Source of the DNA: Pseudoalteromonas translucida KMM 520
Lineage (GTDB): Bacteria > Pseudomonadota > Gammaproteobacteria > Enterobacterales > Alteromonadaceae
DNA length: 32,000 nucleotides
Assembly: GCF_001465295.1 (NCBI RefSeq)
Contig: NZ_CP011034.1
Coordinates: forward strand, 2,040,001 to 2,072,000
Reading direction: 5' to 3'
Positions within the stretch are counted from its first letter, which is position 1. The number at the start of each line of letters is the position of its first letter. Below, piece after piece: positions 7,531-15,722 of the stretch. The position numbers and the translations under genes were made by a program. The notes under the pieces were generated by a model, which saw only the letters and a list, made by a program, of their open reading frames with translations, made no database searches and was not told the origin of the DNA.

Positions 7531-8256
7531 CTAATGTACAACTAAATTGTAAAAAAATTTCGGTATACCAATTACATACCTATTAAACAAACGCTGAGGC
7601 TCTACAAGTAAGCGATAAAACCACTCTAACCCCAATGTTCTAAGTATTTCAGGGGCTCTTTTAACCTTCCCTGCTTGAAAGTCAATAATTGCCCCTCCAC
7701 AAATGATCAAGGAGGGAACATCAATGCTTGATAATATCACGGCTAACTTTTCCTGCTTGGGCATCCCCATAGCAAGCACAACGCAGTTTAAAGCTGTTTT
7801 TTCTGAGTTATTTTTAAAATTTTCTATATAGAGATTATCTTGCTCAAAACCATTCATTTTTATTACTTCTTCTGTTTTGAATAAAGTTTTCGAACCTTGA
7901 GTTAACCAAGGTTCAGTTGCCCCGTAGGCGAAAAATTTAACAGTTCGATTTGACATTTTTAGCGCGTTAACAATAGCCGGAATTACATCTGTACCATTAA
8001 AGTTATCTTTAGGATCTATTCCATATATTTTACAAGCTAATTTCACACCTATGCCATCTCTTAAAAGGTGTGTTAAGGATAGAAAGTTTTCGCGTACACT
8101 ATCATCGTCATGCATTAAATTGATACTGTGCTGGTTAACAAACCCAACTGTGTTTGATAACTCACTCTGTAGGAGGCTTGCTATAAATCCATCTAAATCA
8201 TCATAATTTAGGTAGCTAATTTTATTTAAAATTTCTTTGTTACTCATTGCTATCAT
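7531..8256 (-). CDS. WecB/TagA/CpsF-family (GT26) glycosyltransferase
   Basis: 241 aa with a typical GT26 layout: GFVNQHSINL..., DGIGVKLACKIYG..., NGTDVIP..., FFAYGA..., LAMGMPKQE..., ICGGAIIDFQAGKVKRAP...LGLEWFYRLLVEPQRLFNRY. The start could be M4 (nt 8247). Confidence 0.8.
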   Translation of the reverse strand: MIAMSNKEILNKISYLNYDDLDGFIASLLQSELSNTVGFVNQHSINLMHDDDSVRENFLSLTHLLRDGIGVKLACKIYGIDPKDNFNGTDVIPAIVNALKMSNRTVKFFAYGATEPWLTQGSKTLFKTEEVIKMNGFEQDNLYIENFKNNSEKTALNCVVLAMGMPKQEKLAVILSSIDVPSLIICGGAIIDFQAGKVKRAPEILRTLGLEWFYRLLVEPQRLFNRYVIGIPKFFYNLVVH

Positions 8257-9439
8257 CCCCTCTATCTGTCCGTATCCAAGACTTTTGCCGATTTTTAACG
8301 AATGATTTATAAATATTTATCTTAGCTAATAGATACTTATACAAAGTTCCGAAATCTTTTAAAGGTATTATCTCTCTGCCCATTACGAACCATACAAGAC
8401 CTAAACTAAGTAAAAGAATAAACAGTGAAATAATAGAAAAATAGAACGGAATAAATATATTAAAAAGCATCATTATCAAAAAAAAGAAAGAACAACAAAA
8501 AACTATAAAGAACCATAAAACAGTTGGTGGAAGCATGGCATCAAAAATCGTAAAACAGCTTTTTATTTTAAGCTGAGCTAGGCTTCTTATAAATTTTTTT
8601 GGTAACAAGGTAATTGAGCTTAAGTGACCGTGCTCCCATCTCGTACGCTGAGTGTTGTTTCCAATAACTGAAGTAGGAAAGTAACTTAACACTTGAGAAA
8701 AGCTATCATAAATTATTTTTTCTCCTTGGGCAGTTAATTTTAAACCTAGCTCTAAATCCTCAACAATACTACCTGAAGCAAACGTAATATTATTTAGAAC
8801 TCTCGCAGGAAAGGCCATACCTGATCCCTGCAGTTGACAGTTTATTTTAAAAAAAGCAAGACCTTGTGGTCGAGTAATGTTTTTTATAGCCCAAGCAAAT
8901 TGGGCCACATTTGTTGTAATTGTAGCGTGAGCATGTGACTTCATTACGTATGCGGATTGAATAACAGCGTCTTCCATAATACAACGCCGAGTTAGGGTAT
9001 AAAAACTTCCCTCTGTAAACTCACAGTCAGCGTCAAATATTATAATTACTGAAGGATTAAACGGTTTTAAATACTCTACACCGGCTTCAATTGCGTAACC
9101 TTTACCAACAAAGTCCAGACTGTTTCTAATTAAAACTTTTGCTCCAAATGATTTGGCGATTGAAGCTGTCGCGTCTGTACAGTTATCTGCTATAACAAGC
9201 ACTTTAGATAAGCTAACAATTTCTCTTTTTAGCTTTGTAAGTGTATCTTTAATTATCTTTTCTTCATTATGCGCAGGTATAACTATATAAGCATTATCAA
9301 CGTCACTGTTAATGGCCATATTTTTATTTGTACCTCGATAATAAAGGCCAATAATTAACTCAATTGATAAAAATAGTGTTGGCAAAAAGATAAATATAAA
9401 TACAATTAAACCAATGAATATATCTATAAAACTTATCAT
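8240..9439 (-). CDS. Membrane-embedded family-2 glycosyltransferase with the D, DxD, xED, QxxRW signature of processive synthase-type GT2s
   Basis: N-terminal TM helix, VIPAHNEE, FDADCEF, GSIVEDLELG, QRTRWEHG, then 3-4 C-terminal TM helices (TVLWFFIVFCCSFFFLIMMLFNIFIPFYFSIISLFILLLSLGLVWFV). Confidence 0.8.
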   Translation of the reverse strand: MISFIDIFIGLIVFIFIFLPTLFLSIELIIGLYYRGTNKNMAINSDVDNAYIVIPAHNEEKIIKDTLTKLKREIVSLSKVLVIADNCTDATASIAKSFGAKVLIRNSLDFVGKGYAIEAGVEYLKPFNPSVIIIFDADCEFTEGSFYTLTRRCIMEDAVIQSAYVMKSHAHATITTNVAQFAWAIKNITRPQGLAFFKINCQLQGSGMAFPARVLNNITFASGSIVEDLELGLKLTAQGEKIIYDSFSQVLSYFPTSVIGNNTQRTRWEHGHLSSITLLPKKFIRSLAQLKIKSCFTIFDAMLPPTVLWFFIVFCCSFFFLIMMLFNIFIPFYFSIISLFILLLSLGLVWFVMGREIIPLKDFGTLYKYLLAKINIYKSFVKNRQKSWIRTDRGDDSNE

Positions 9440-10644
9440 TTCACACCATAAATTAGAGCGGCTAGTTTACTCACTTCCTGCTCAATATCATGTTTTTCAG
9501 CTACAGCTTTATAAGCTAAGAAAACCATACTCTTAATTTCGTCATCTGACATTTTAATAAACTTGGTTATCGAGTCTTTTATAACTAATGTATCACCTGC
9601 GTGAAATAAAAGGCCTTGCTTTTCATTCGTTATAAGCTCCGGGATACCAGCAATATAAGTGGTCATCACAGGTCTGCCTACTGCCATTGCTTCCATTATG
9701 GCTACAGGTAATCCTTCTGCAAAGCTAGGTAGGATCATAGCATCTGACGCTAATAATAAATTATGTACTTCCTCAGAACTTATCCATCCAGTAATCCGAA
9801 CATTTTTTCCCAAGTTATTGGCTTTGATGAATTTTTCGATATCACCTCGCATCTCACCATCACCCGCTAAAATTAAATTGATATTATCTCCCTCATCTAA
9901 AACCATTTTTAATGCTTTAAGTAAAAGTAATTGTCCTTTTTGTTCACATAACCGACCAATACATAATAATTGTTTAATCTCGCTAGCCTGAGGTAGCAAT
10001 GGCTGTCCTTTTAAAAAGTTATCGTCAAGACCACACCGTACTATCTCAATTTTCTTCCAATCATTATAATTTGCCCATCTAAATAGCTGAGACCTACAAT
10101 AGCTAGTTATAGCAACAACAAACTTTGCATGACTAATCTTTTCTTTTAAGTGCAATCCTAATGGTTTATCAAACTCCTCAGGGCCATGCACTGTAAAACT
10201 ATAATCAACACCTGAGATCATACCCGCTAACATGGTGACTTCTGCGGAGTTTGTACCAAAGTGTGCGTGAATATGTTTGCTATCAGTTTCACAGCAATAA
10301 GCTGATAATTTACATGCTTCAACAAGGTAAATAAGGTGATATAACACGCCTCTTTCAGACATTTTTGCCATATTAACTGCTGCTATAAAAGCTGTCGTTA
10401 CTCTTTTTGGATACTTTATGAATGCTTTAAAAAATATTGGTAATAAGGGCCTAATTCCATTTTCTAAAATATAATTTGTTTTTTCCTGTTCGCAAAAATC
10501 AACTTTATCTTTTAAATCAGCATCCCAGCCTCTGAGTGCAACTCTCTGAACAATGAAACCTTTTTTTTCGAGTTCTAAAATCTCTCTTCTAATAAAAGTG
10601 TGGCTAACTTTTGGGTACTGGTTGATAAAATATGTTATGTTCAT
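9436..10644 (-). CDS. GT4 (GT-B, WcaL-like) glycosyltransferase
   Basis: 402 aa. N-terminal YFINQYPKVSHTFIRREILELEKKG resembles WcaL-type GTs. The C-terminal EX7E region is PSFAEGLPVAIMEAMAVGRPVMTT. ATGA-type 4-nt overlaps at both ends. Confidence 0.85.
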   Translation of the reverse strand: MNITYFINQYPKVSHTFIRREILELEKKGFIVQRVALRGWDADLKDKVDFCEQEKTNYILENGIRPLLPIFFKAFIKYPKRVTTAFIAAVNMAKMSERGVLYHLIYLVEACKLSAYCCETDSKHIHAHFGTNSAEVTMLAGMISGVDYSFTVHGPEEFDKPLGLHLKEKISHAKFVVAITSYCRSQLFRWANYNDWKKIEIVRCGLDDNFLKGQPLLPQASEIKQLLCIGRLCEQKGQLLLLKALKMVLDEGDNINLILAGDGEMRGDIEKFIKANNLGKNVRITGWISSEEVHNLLLASDAMILPSFAEGLPVAIMEAMAVGRPVMTTYIAGIPELITNEKQGLLFHAGDTLVIKDSITKFIKMSDDEIKSMVFLAYKAVAEKHDIEQEVSKLAALIYGVK

Positions 10645-11156
10645 TTTTTGTCACCTTTAAAAGTGATTTTTGCAGGGATCCCAACAGCTATACTATTGGC
10701 AGGTACATCTTTATTCACCAGAGTCATAGCACCTATTGTACAATTAGAGCCAATTTTAATATCTCCTAAAATCATACTATTGGCGCCAATATCAACATTA
10801 TCACCTATTTGAGGACATCCACTCCCCTCATATTTATTGCCAATAGTTATACCGTGCCTAAGCGTGCACTGCTTGCCAATGACAACGTCAGGATGAATGA
10901 AGATTTGCCCAAAATGCCATATTTTCAAGCCAGGTCCAACTTTAACTTCTTTGGGTATACTGATACCAAATAAGCTTTCAAATAACCTAAACAGAACATA
11001 ATAGGGGATATATAATATTTTTTTTATTATGTCATTATTCACAGTCTCAATACGAGCTCCTAATCTGTAAATAAAAATACAATATATTGACTGCTCTCTT
11101 AGAAATGCGCTATAGCCCCCATACCTTTTTAAATCATATTTAAAATATTTACTCAT
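10641..11156 (-). CDS. Hexapeptide-repeat (LbH) O-acetyltransferase, serine-acetyltransferase/WcaB-like
   Basis: 171 aa. Left-handed beta-helix repeats IGKQCTLRHGITIGN...IGDNVDIGANSMILGDIKIGSNCTIGAMTLV. Confidence 0.8.
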   Translation of the reverse strand: MSKYFKYDLKRYGGYSAFLREQSIYCIFIYRLGARIETVNNDIIKKILYIPYYVLFRLFESLFGISIPKEVKVGPGLKIWHFGQIFIHPDVVIGKQCTLRHGITIGNKYEGSGCPQIGDNVDIGANSMILGDIKIGSNCTIGAMTLVNKDVPANSIAVGIPAKITFKGDKK

Positions 11157-12382
11157 ACATCTTCCTTATCTAGGTTAGTACTTTGACAATTGAATTGTGA
11201 ATAAACAAAAAATATTCCTATAAAAAACCAGAAATACCAATTATATGAGAGGTAAAAAAGCAGGTTATCTGAATAACCAACAACTAAATACGATATTACT
11301 AACCCAATAATTATTGCACCGCCTTTTTTATCTACTTTAAAATACTTTATCATTCGAGCCAGTATCATAGAAAAAAGAAACAGATAAGCTATTACCCCAA
11401 AAAAACCCATATCAAAGGCAATTTGTACGTAAGTATTATGGGCATCAAAGCTAGTATCAGATTCAAGTGGGAAAAATTCTAAAAAATAGTATGAAAACGA
11501 GTTATAGCCGTGTCCAAAAAATGGTTTCTCCATTATATAGCCCCAAGCTGCACTCCAAACAACGTTCCTCCACGCATAAGAGTTTAGCTTTCCTCCCTCC
11601 TCTAAAATATCAATGCTATTTCCTGAGAAAATATCTAAAATACGCTCTTGGATAGAGGGAATTAGGAATGCTATAAATGTCAATAAAATCAAGTACACTA
11701 TATACCTACGCTCAATTAATAAGCCATAGACCAAAAACACTATAACCAGTGCAATCCAAGCACTTCTCGTTTTGGTAGCAAGTAGGCAAATGATGCAAAA
11801 CATAAATATAATTTTGGCGTGTTTTATAAATTTCACATCAAAAGCAATTAGCGTAGATTTAAAAGTAAAAAAACAAATAGACGAGATCAGCACTAAGTAA
11901 AAAGCAAAAATATTCGGGTGAGAAAAACTCCCAAAAACTCTAAAACCATCATTACCAGTACTTCCGGCTGGGAATATAAATTCAACACCAGCAAATACAA
12001 AAGGGATAATAGAGGAATAAATTATTAACTTTATTAAGACCTTCACCTCGGCCTCTTTTTTTACATAATAAAACGGGATCAAAAACCAAGAGAAATATGT
12101 AATAACAGTAAAAAAAGAACGTAGAGACGATATTTTATCCGGTGAAATACTTATAGATAAAAGTCCGATAACAATGAAAGGCGACCAGATTTTTATAATA
12201 CTTTTGGAAACTAGCATATTATTTTTAAGTATAAGGTTGCATACACATAACACTAAAATAAAATTAATTATTGCACCAAAGCCAATCCCTCCAACTCTAG
12301 TAAGATCCAAAATTGGGTCTAAAGAAGATCTCAAAAGTAATAAAATGAATATAGTTTGTGAAAAGTAAAAAAATGATTTCAT
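11153..12382 (-). CDS. O-antigen-ligase/Wzy_C-family polytopic membrane protein, probable EPS repeat-unit polymerase (Wzy)
   Basis: 409 aa with about 10-11 TM segments. Wzy_C-type motifs ATKTRSAWIAL and FDAHNTYVQIAFDMGFFG. It lies inside the GT/wzx operon with ATGA overlaps on both sides. Confidence 0.7.
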   Translation of the reverse strand: MKSFFYFSQTIFILLLLRSSLDPILDLTRVGGIGFGAIINFILVLCVCNLILKNNMLVSKSIIKIWSPFIVIGLLSISISPDKISSLRSFFTVITYFSWFLIPFYYVKKEAEVKVLIKLIIYSSIIPFVFAGVEFIFPAGSTGNDGFRVFGSFSHPNIFAFYLVLISSICFFTFKSTLIAFDVKFIKHAKIIFMFCIICLLATKTRSAWIALVIVFLVYGLLIERRYIVYLILLTFIAFLIPSIQERILDIFSGNSIDILEEGGKLNSYAWRNVVWSAAWGYIMEKPFFGHGYNSFSYYFLEFFPLESDTSFDAHNTYVQIAFDMGFFGVIAYLFLFSMILARMIKYFKVDKKGGAIIIGLVISYLVVGYSDNLLFYLSYNWYFWFFIGIFFVYSQFNCQSTNLDKEDV

Positions 12383-13233
12383 TTCTTAATCAGTTTCCAC
12401 TTAATACGACGCAGAAAAGTTTTCATTCTGAAGCCCAGTAATAAAAACAGAGCACTTTGAAAATTCATTTTTACTTGCTTATAACTCAAAAGCGTATCTG
12501 TTAACTCAACCTTTTCAATAAAGCTCAATGGCTCCAGTTTATTTTTCAATAATAAAAAAGCAAACTTTATTTTTGATGCTTTTTTATCAGAAATCCTCTC
12601 CCAACTATGAGTGGTATCAACAATATATGAATATGTATTAATATTAAAAAAAGTACCATATTGCTTAGCGACACGAATCCACATTTCCCAATCTTGCAAT
12701 GCTGGCATGTCTTCTGCAAATCCCCCTAAAGCTTTCATATAGGCTGTTTTAGTAAAAATTTGATTACCAATTAGGTTTTCTGTTCTAAGATCTCTGTAGT
12801 TCACTTTCAACGATTGATGAGTTTTTAATTTATGTGTCGCTGTTATTTCAATCATAGAATCAAACAAGCCAGCAATACTTGTAGTATCTTTAAATTCATT
12901 CCAGTAATGAACAAATTTTTCTACACGCCAACTTTCAAAATAGTCATCATCATCTAGTCCGGTTATAAAAACCCCTTCGGCTAGTGAGATTGCTTTATTA
13001 CGCCCATAACACGCCCCCTTAGATTCGCCTGATGAATTAATAGTGCTTATTAATAGCCCTTTACACTCCATTTCCTTTAGGTAGTTGTGCGTACCATCTG
13101 TAGAGCCATCGTCGGCTACCACTATTTGTATATTGTCGTAACTTTGAATCAACACGGAATTTACAGCCCGTTTTAATAACTCAACTCTATTGAACGTAGT
13201 TATATATACTGTTACTTTCATAAGATTACTCAT
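12379..13233 (-). CDS. Family-2 glycosyltransferase (soluble GT-A type)
   Basis: VTVYITTFNR...SVLIQSY...VVADDGSTDGT...GLDDDDYF are classic GT2 N-terminal motifs. Confidence 0.85.
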   Translation of the reverse strand: MSNLMKVTVYITTFNRVELLKRAVNSVLIQSYDNIQIVVADDGSTDGTHNYLKEMECKGLLISTINSSGESKGACYGRNKAISLAEGVFITGLDDDDYFESWRVEKFVHYWNEFKDTTSIAGLFDSMIEITATHKLKTHQSLKVNYRDLRTENLIGNQIFTKTAYMKALGGFAEDMPALQDWEMWIRVAKQYGTFFNINTYSYIVDTTHSWERISDKKASKIKFAFLLLKNKLEPLSFIEKVELTDTLLSYKQVKMNFQSALFLLLGFRMKTFLRRIKWKLIKK

Positions 13234-13475
13234 ACTTTATCTTCTAAGGTAAAACACAATGCACTGGCTCTACCTTATTATTAAGTAAGTTTCTTCGATG
13301 ATATTTAAATTTATTATTTTTAATATCAAAAACTCACCTCAAAATAAAATAATACCTTCGTCATGACATTTAAAAATTAATATAACTTTCTCTATTTCAG
13401 ATTTCTCTAGTGTTTTTATTGGAATTAACTTAATAACTCTGTGTTAAAAAATGCTCAGTGTTTTTATAAATAAAC

Positions 13476-14753
13476 TTAGCATAACCACGTTTTTAATTTA
13501 GTGATTTTATACACTTCTATCGACATCAATATATTCCATAATACTAAGCTAATACTTACAGCTAAAGCAGCGCCAATTGCTTTATATTCGGGAACTAAAA
13601 TAAATAACAGTACAATATTAGTTAATAAAGTAATGAGTAATGCTTTCAAAGAACGCTTTTCATTCCCAGTCATATTGAGGACTAAACCAACTGAGCCAAA
13701 ACATATATTGAGAATTTGGCCAACACTTAAAATTATAAGGATCAGATGGGAAGCTGCATATTGATCTCCAAACAAGATTCTTATAAACCTTTCACCTAGG
13801 AAAATTAAAATAATTACAATAGGTAATGAAAAAATAGCGTTTAATTTTACACTTTTTGTCAAAAGAGCCTGTGTAGAGTTCATATCACCACTACGATATA
13901 ACCTAGCTACTTTTGGCCCTATAATAAGATTCACAGAAGTAAAGCCTAAAGTAACTAATGTCACTCCTTGTAAAGCAACTTTAAAAAAACCAACTGACTC
14001 TTTATCTGCAAAATAACCTAAAAAAACACTTGCAAGCTCCGAATTCATCGTGCTGATAAGTACCATCAACGTAAAAGGTAATAACGCAAAATGCCACCTT
14101 TTAAAATAGTATTCTGCCTTAATACTTTTTAGCTTATGAGCGCGTACTTTTAATATTAGTCCTGCCCCTAACAAAAGCGTTAATGCTGATGTGATTAATT
14201 GCACTTTTATTAGTAATAAGCTGCTGAACTCTATTTGTAACGCTATAAAAATCAAGTAAATAAAAACAGCTAAAAAGGGCATTAAAATAAACTCAGGTAA
14301 TAAACCTAAAATTGGCTTTCTAAAGCCATTTAATATAGCGCCTTGATTTGTGCAGAAGCTTTTTATTGGGATCAGCAGCACCGCAAACCAAAGCAAGTTA
14401 GCAGTCTCACCTTTGATAATACCTGTGTATAAAAAAGCTAGAATAGCAAGCATCACCACAGCAGAAGTGCTAACAATAAATGCTGTTGACCACTGCAGTA
14501 AGCCTTTTAGTTCACTCCACTTACTCTCCAACTCAGCATGTGCTATTTCGCGTATTAACAACTGGGGTAAACCAGCAATAACTGGAATCGTTGCCATAGC
14601 AATTATCGATAAAATATAAGTGTATAATCCATACTGTTCTGGCCCTAAATAGCGTGCAAGAATAACACCGGCAATAACAGACAATACTCTGCTAACAACT
14701 TGTAGGCCGGCTGTACCCAAAAATTTATTTAAAATCACTGGCGATTGATTCAA
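13476..14753 (-). CDS. wzx: Wzx-type oligosaccharide flippase (MOP/PST family)
   Basis: 425 aa with about 12 TM segments. N-terminal VVSRVLSVIAGVILARYLGPEQYGLYTY is typical of polysaccharide-biosynthesis (PST) flippases. It is the first gene of the minus-strand GT operon. Confidence 0.85.
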   Translation of the reverse strand: MNQSPVILNKFLGTAGLQVVSRVLSVIAGVILARYLGPEQYGLYTYILSIIAMATIPVIAGLPQLLIREIAHAELESKWSELKGLLQWSTAFIVSTSAVVMLAILAFLYTGIIKGETANLLWFAVLLIPIKSFCTNQGAILNGFRKPILGLLPEFILMPFLAVFIYLIFIALQIEFSSLLLIKVQLITSALTLLLGAGLILKVRAHKLKSIKAEYYFKRWHFALLPFTLMVLISTMNSELASVFLGYFADKESVGFFKVALQGVTLVTLGFTSVNLIIGPKVARLYRSGDMNSTQALLTKSVKLNAIFSLPIVIILIFLGERFIRILFGDQYAASHLILIILSVGQILNICFGSVGLVLNMTGNEKRSLKALLITLLTNIVLLFILVPEYKAIGAALAVSISLVLWNILMSIEVYKITKLKTWLC

Positions 14754-14993
14754 AAAACATCCTTATAGTTATTTGTTATTGGCTAAATATAAAACAATCT
14801 ATCTTATAATAGACCAACTTATCGCAATAAACTTTTTATCTACTTAGTAAATTCAACTTCAATGTACATCACAATGTACTTTTTATTTCACGGCATTCAT
14901 TTATCATTGGGAGTACAACCTCCTATTAAGTCATTAACAGTTATTCGATCTACTTTATTGCTAGTTTTGTGTTTAATGCTAATAATATAAGAA
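14754..14993. promoter_or_regulatory. Divergent intergenic region between wzx (-) and lapG (+)
   Basis: 240 bp of AT-rich sequence with no ORF between divergent starts. It contains a direct repeat caatgtac...caatgtac (14860-14867 and 14872-14879). Promoter elements were not assigned. Confidence 0.4.
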
Positions 14994-15722
14994 GTGTCGC
15001 ATCTAAATTTTAAGGAACTACTTGTGCGTTTTGGATGCTACATTTTAATCTTGTTATCTTTTTTTGTTTGCTCACAAGACATGCTTATTTACTTGCGTCA
15101 TAGTGAAATAACTGATCGGGCGAAACAATATTACGGTGAAGAGGGTCACAGACGTATAAAGCAGTGGCTTAAGTTTATTGATGCATCTATTGATAAAAAT
15201 GAATGGCGCCAGGTACATCTGGTTAATAATTTTTTTAATAAACATATAAAATACAAAACAGATAATGAGCTTTGGAATAAAAATGATTATTGGGCTACAC
15301 CAATAGAAAGTTTGGGTGTGGGTATGGGGGATTGTGAGGACTACGTTATAGCTAAATACTTTACTTTAATTGCGCTTGGTATTCCTGAAGAAAAAATAAG
15401 GTTTATGTATGTGCGTCAACACACCATTAATCAGCCTCACATGGTACTAATATACTTTCCTGAAGCAGACCAAATTCCTTTTGTTTTGGGTAACTTTAAT
15501 ACCCAGTTACTCCCCGCAAATAAACGCAACGATTTAACACCTATATACAGTTTTAATGGCCAAGGTTTATGGTTAGCCAAAGCAAAAGGGCTTGGCAATA
15601 AAGTTAAAAATAGTAGCGGTGTGTCGGCTTGGGATACTATGCTAAAAAGAATTGAAAAAGGTGAACTTGCTCTCGTTAATAGTACTAATACAGGAGGCGC
15701 AAATAATGTATCACCCTTTTAA
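14994..15722 (+). CDS. lapG: LapG-type periplasmic Ca-dependent cysteine protease (bacterial transglutaminase-like cysteine proteinase, BTLCP)
   Basis: VNNFFNKHIKYKTDNELWNKNDYWATPIESLGVGMGDCEDYVIAKYFTLIALGIPEEKIRFMYV...QPHMVLIYF...NDLTPIYSFN closely follows the LapG C-H-D catalytic core as I remember it. The track ORF starts at GTG 14994. An internal GTG at 15024 has a better RBS (AAGGAA, 6-nt spacer) and gives a clean signal peptide, M-RFGCYILILLSFFVCSQD. Confidence 0.85.
   Translation: MSHLNFKELLVRFGCYILILLSFFVCSQDMLIYLRHSEITDRAKQYYGEEGHRRIKQWLKFIDASIDKNEWRQVHLVNNFFNKHIKYKTDNELWNKNDYWATPIESLGVGMGDCEDYVIAKYFTLIALGIPEEKIRFMYVRQHTINQPHMVLIYFPEADQIPFVLGNFNTQLLPANKRNDLTPIYSFNGQGLWLAKAKGLGNKVKNSSGVSAWDTMLKRIEKGELALVNSTNTGGANNVSPF

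Noticed and set aside
15652-15705. The longer N-terminus of the lapD ORF as given in the track (MKKVNLLSLIVLIQEAQI...).
   Set aside because: These codons lie inside lapG in another frame. The ATG at 15706 is preceded by a consensus AGGAGG and yields the expected short cytoplasmic N-terminus followed by a TM helix.
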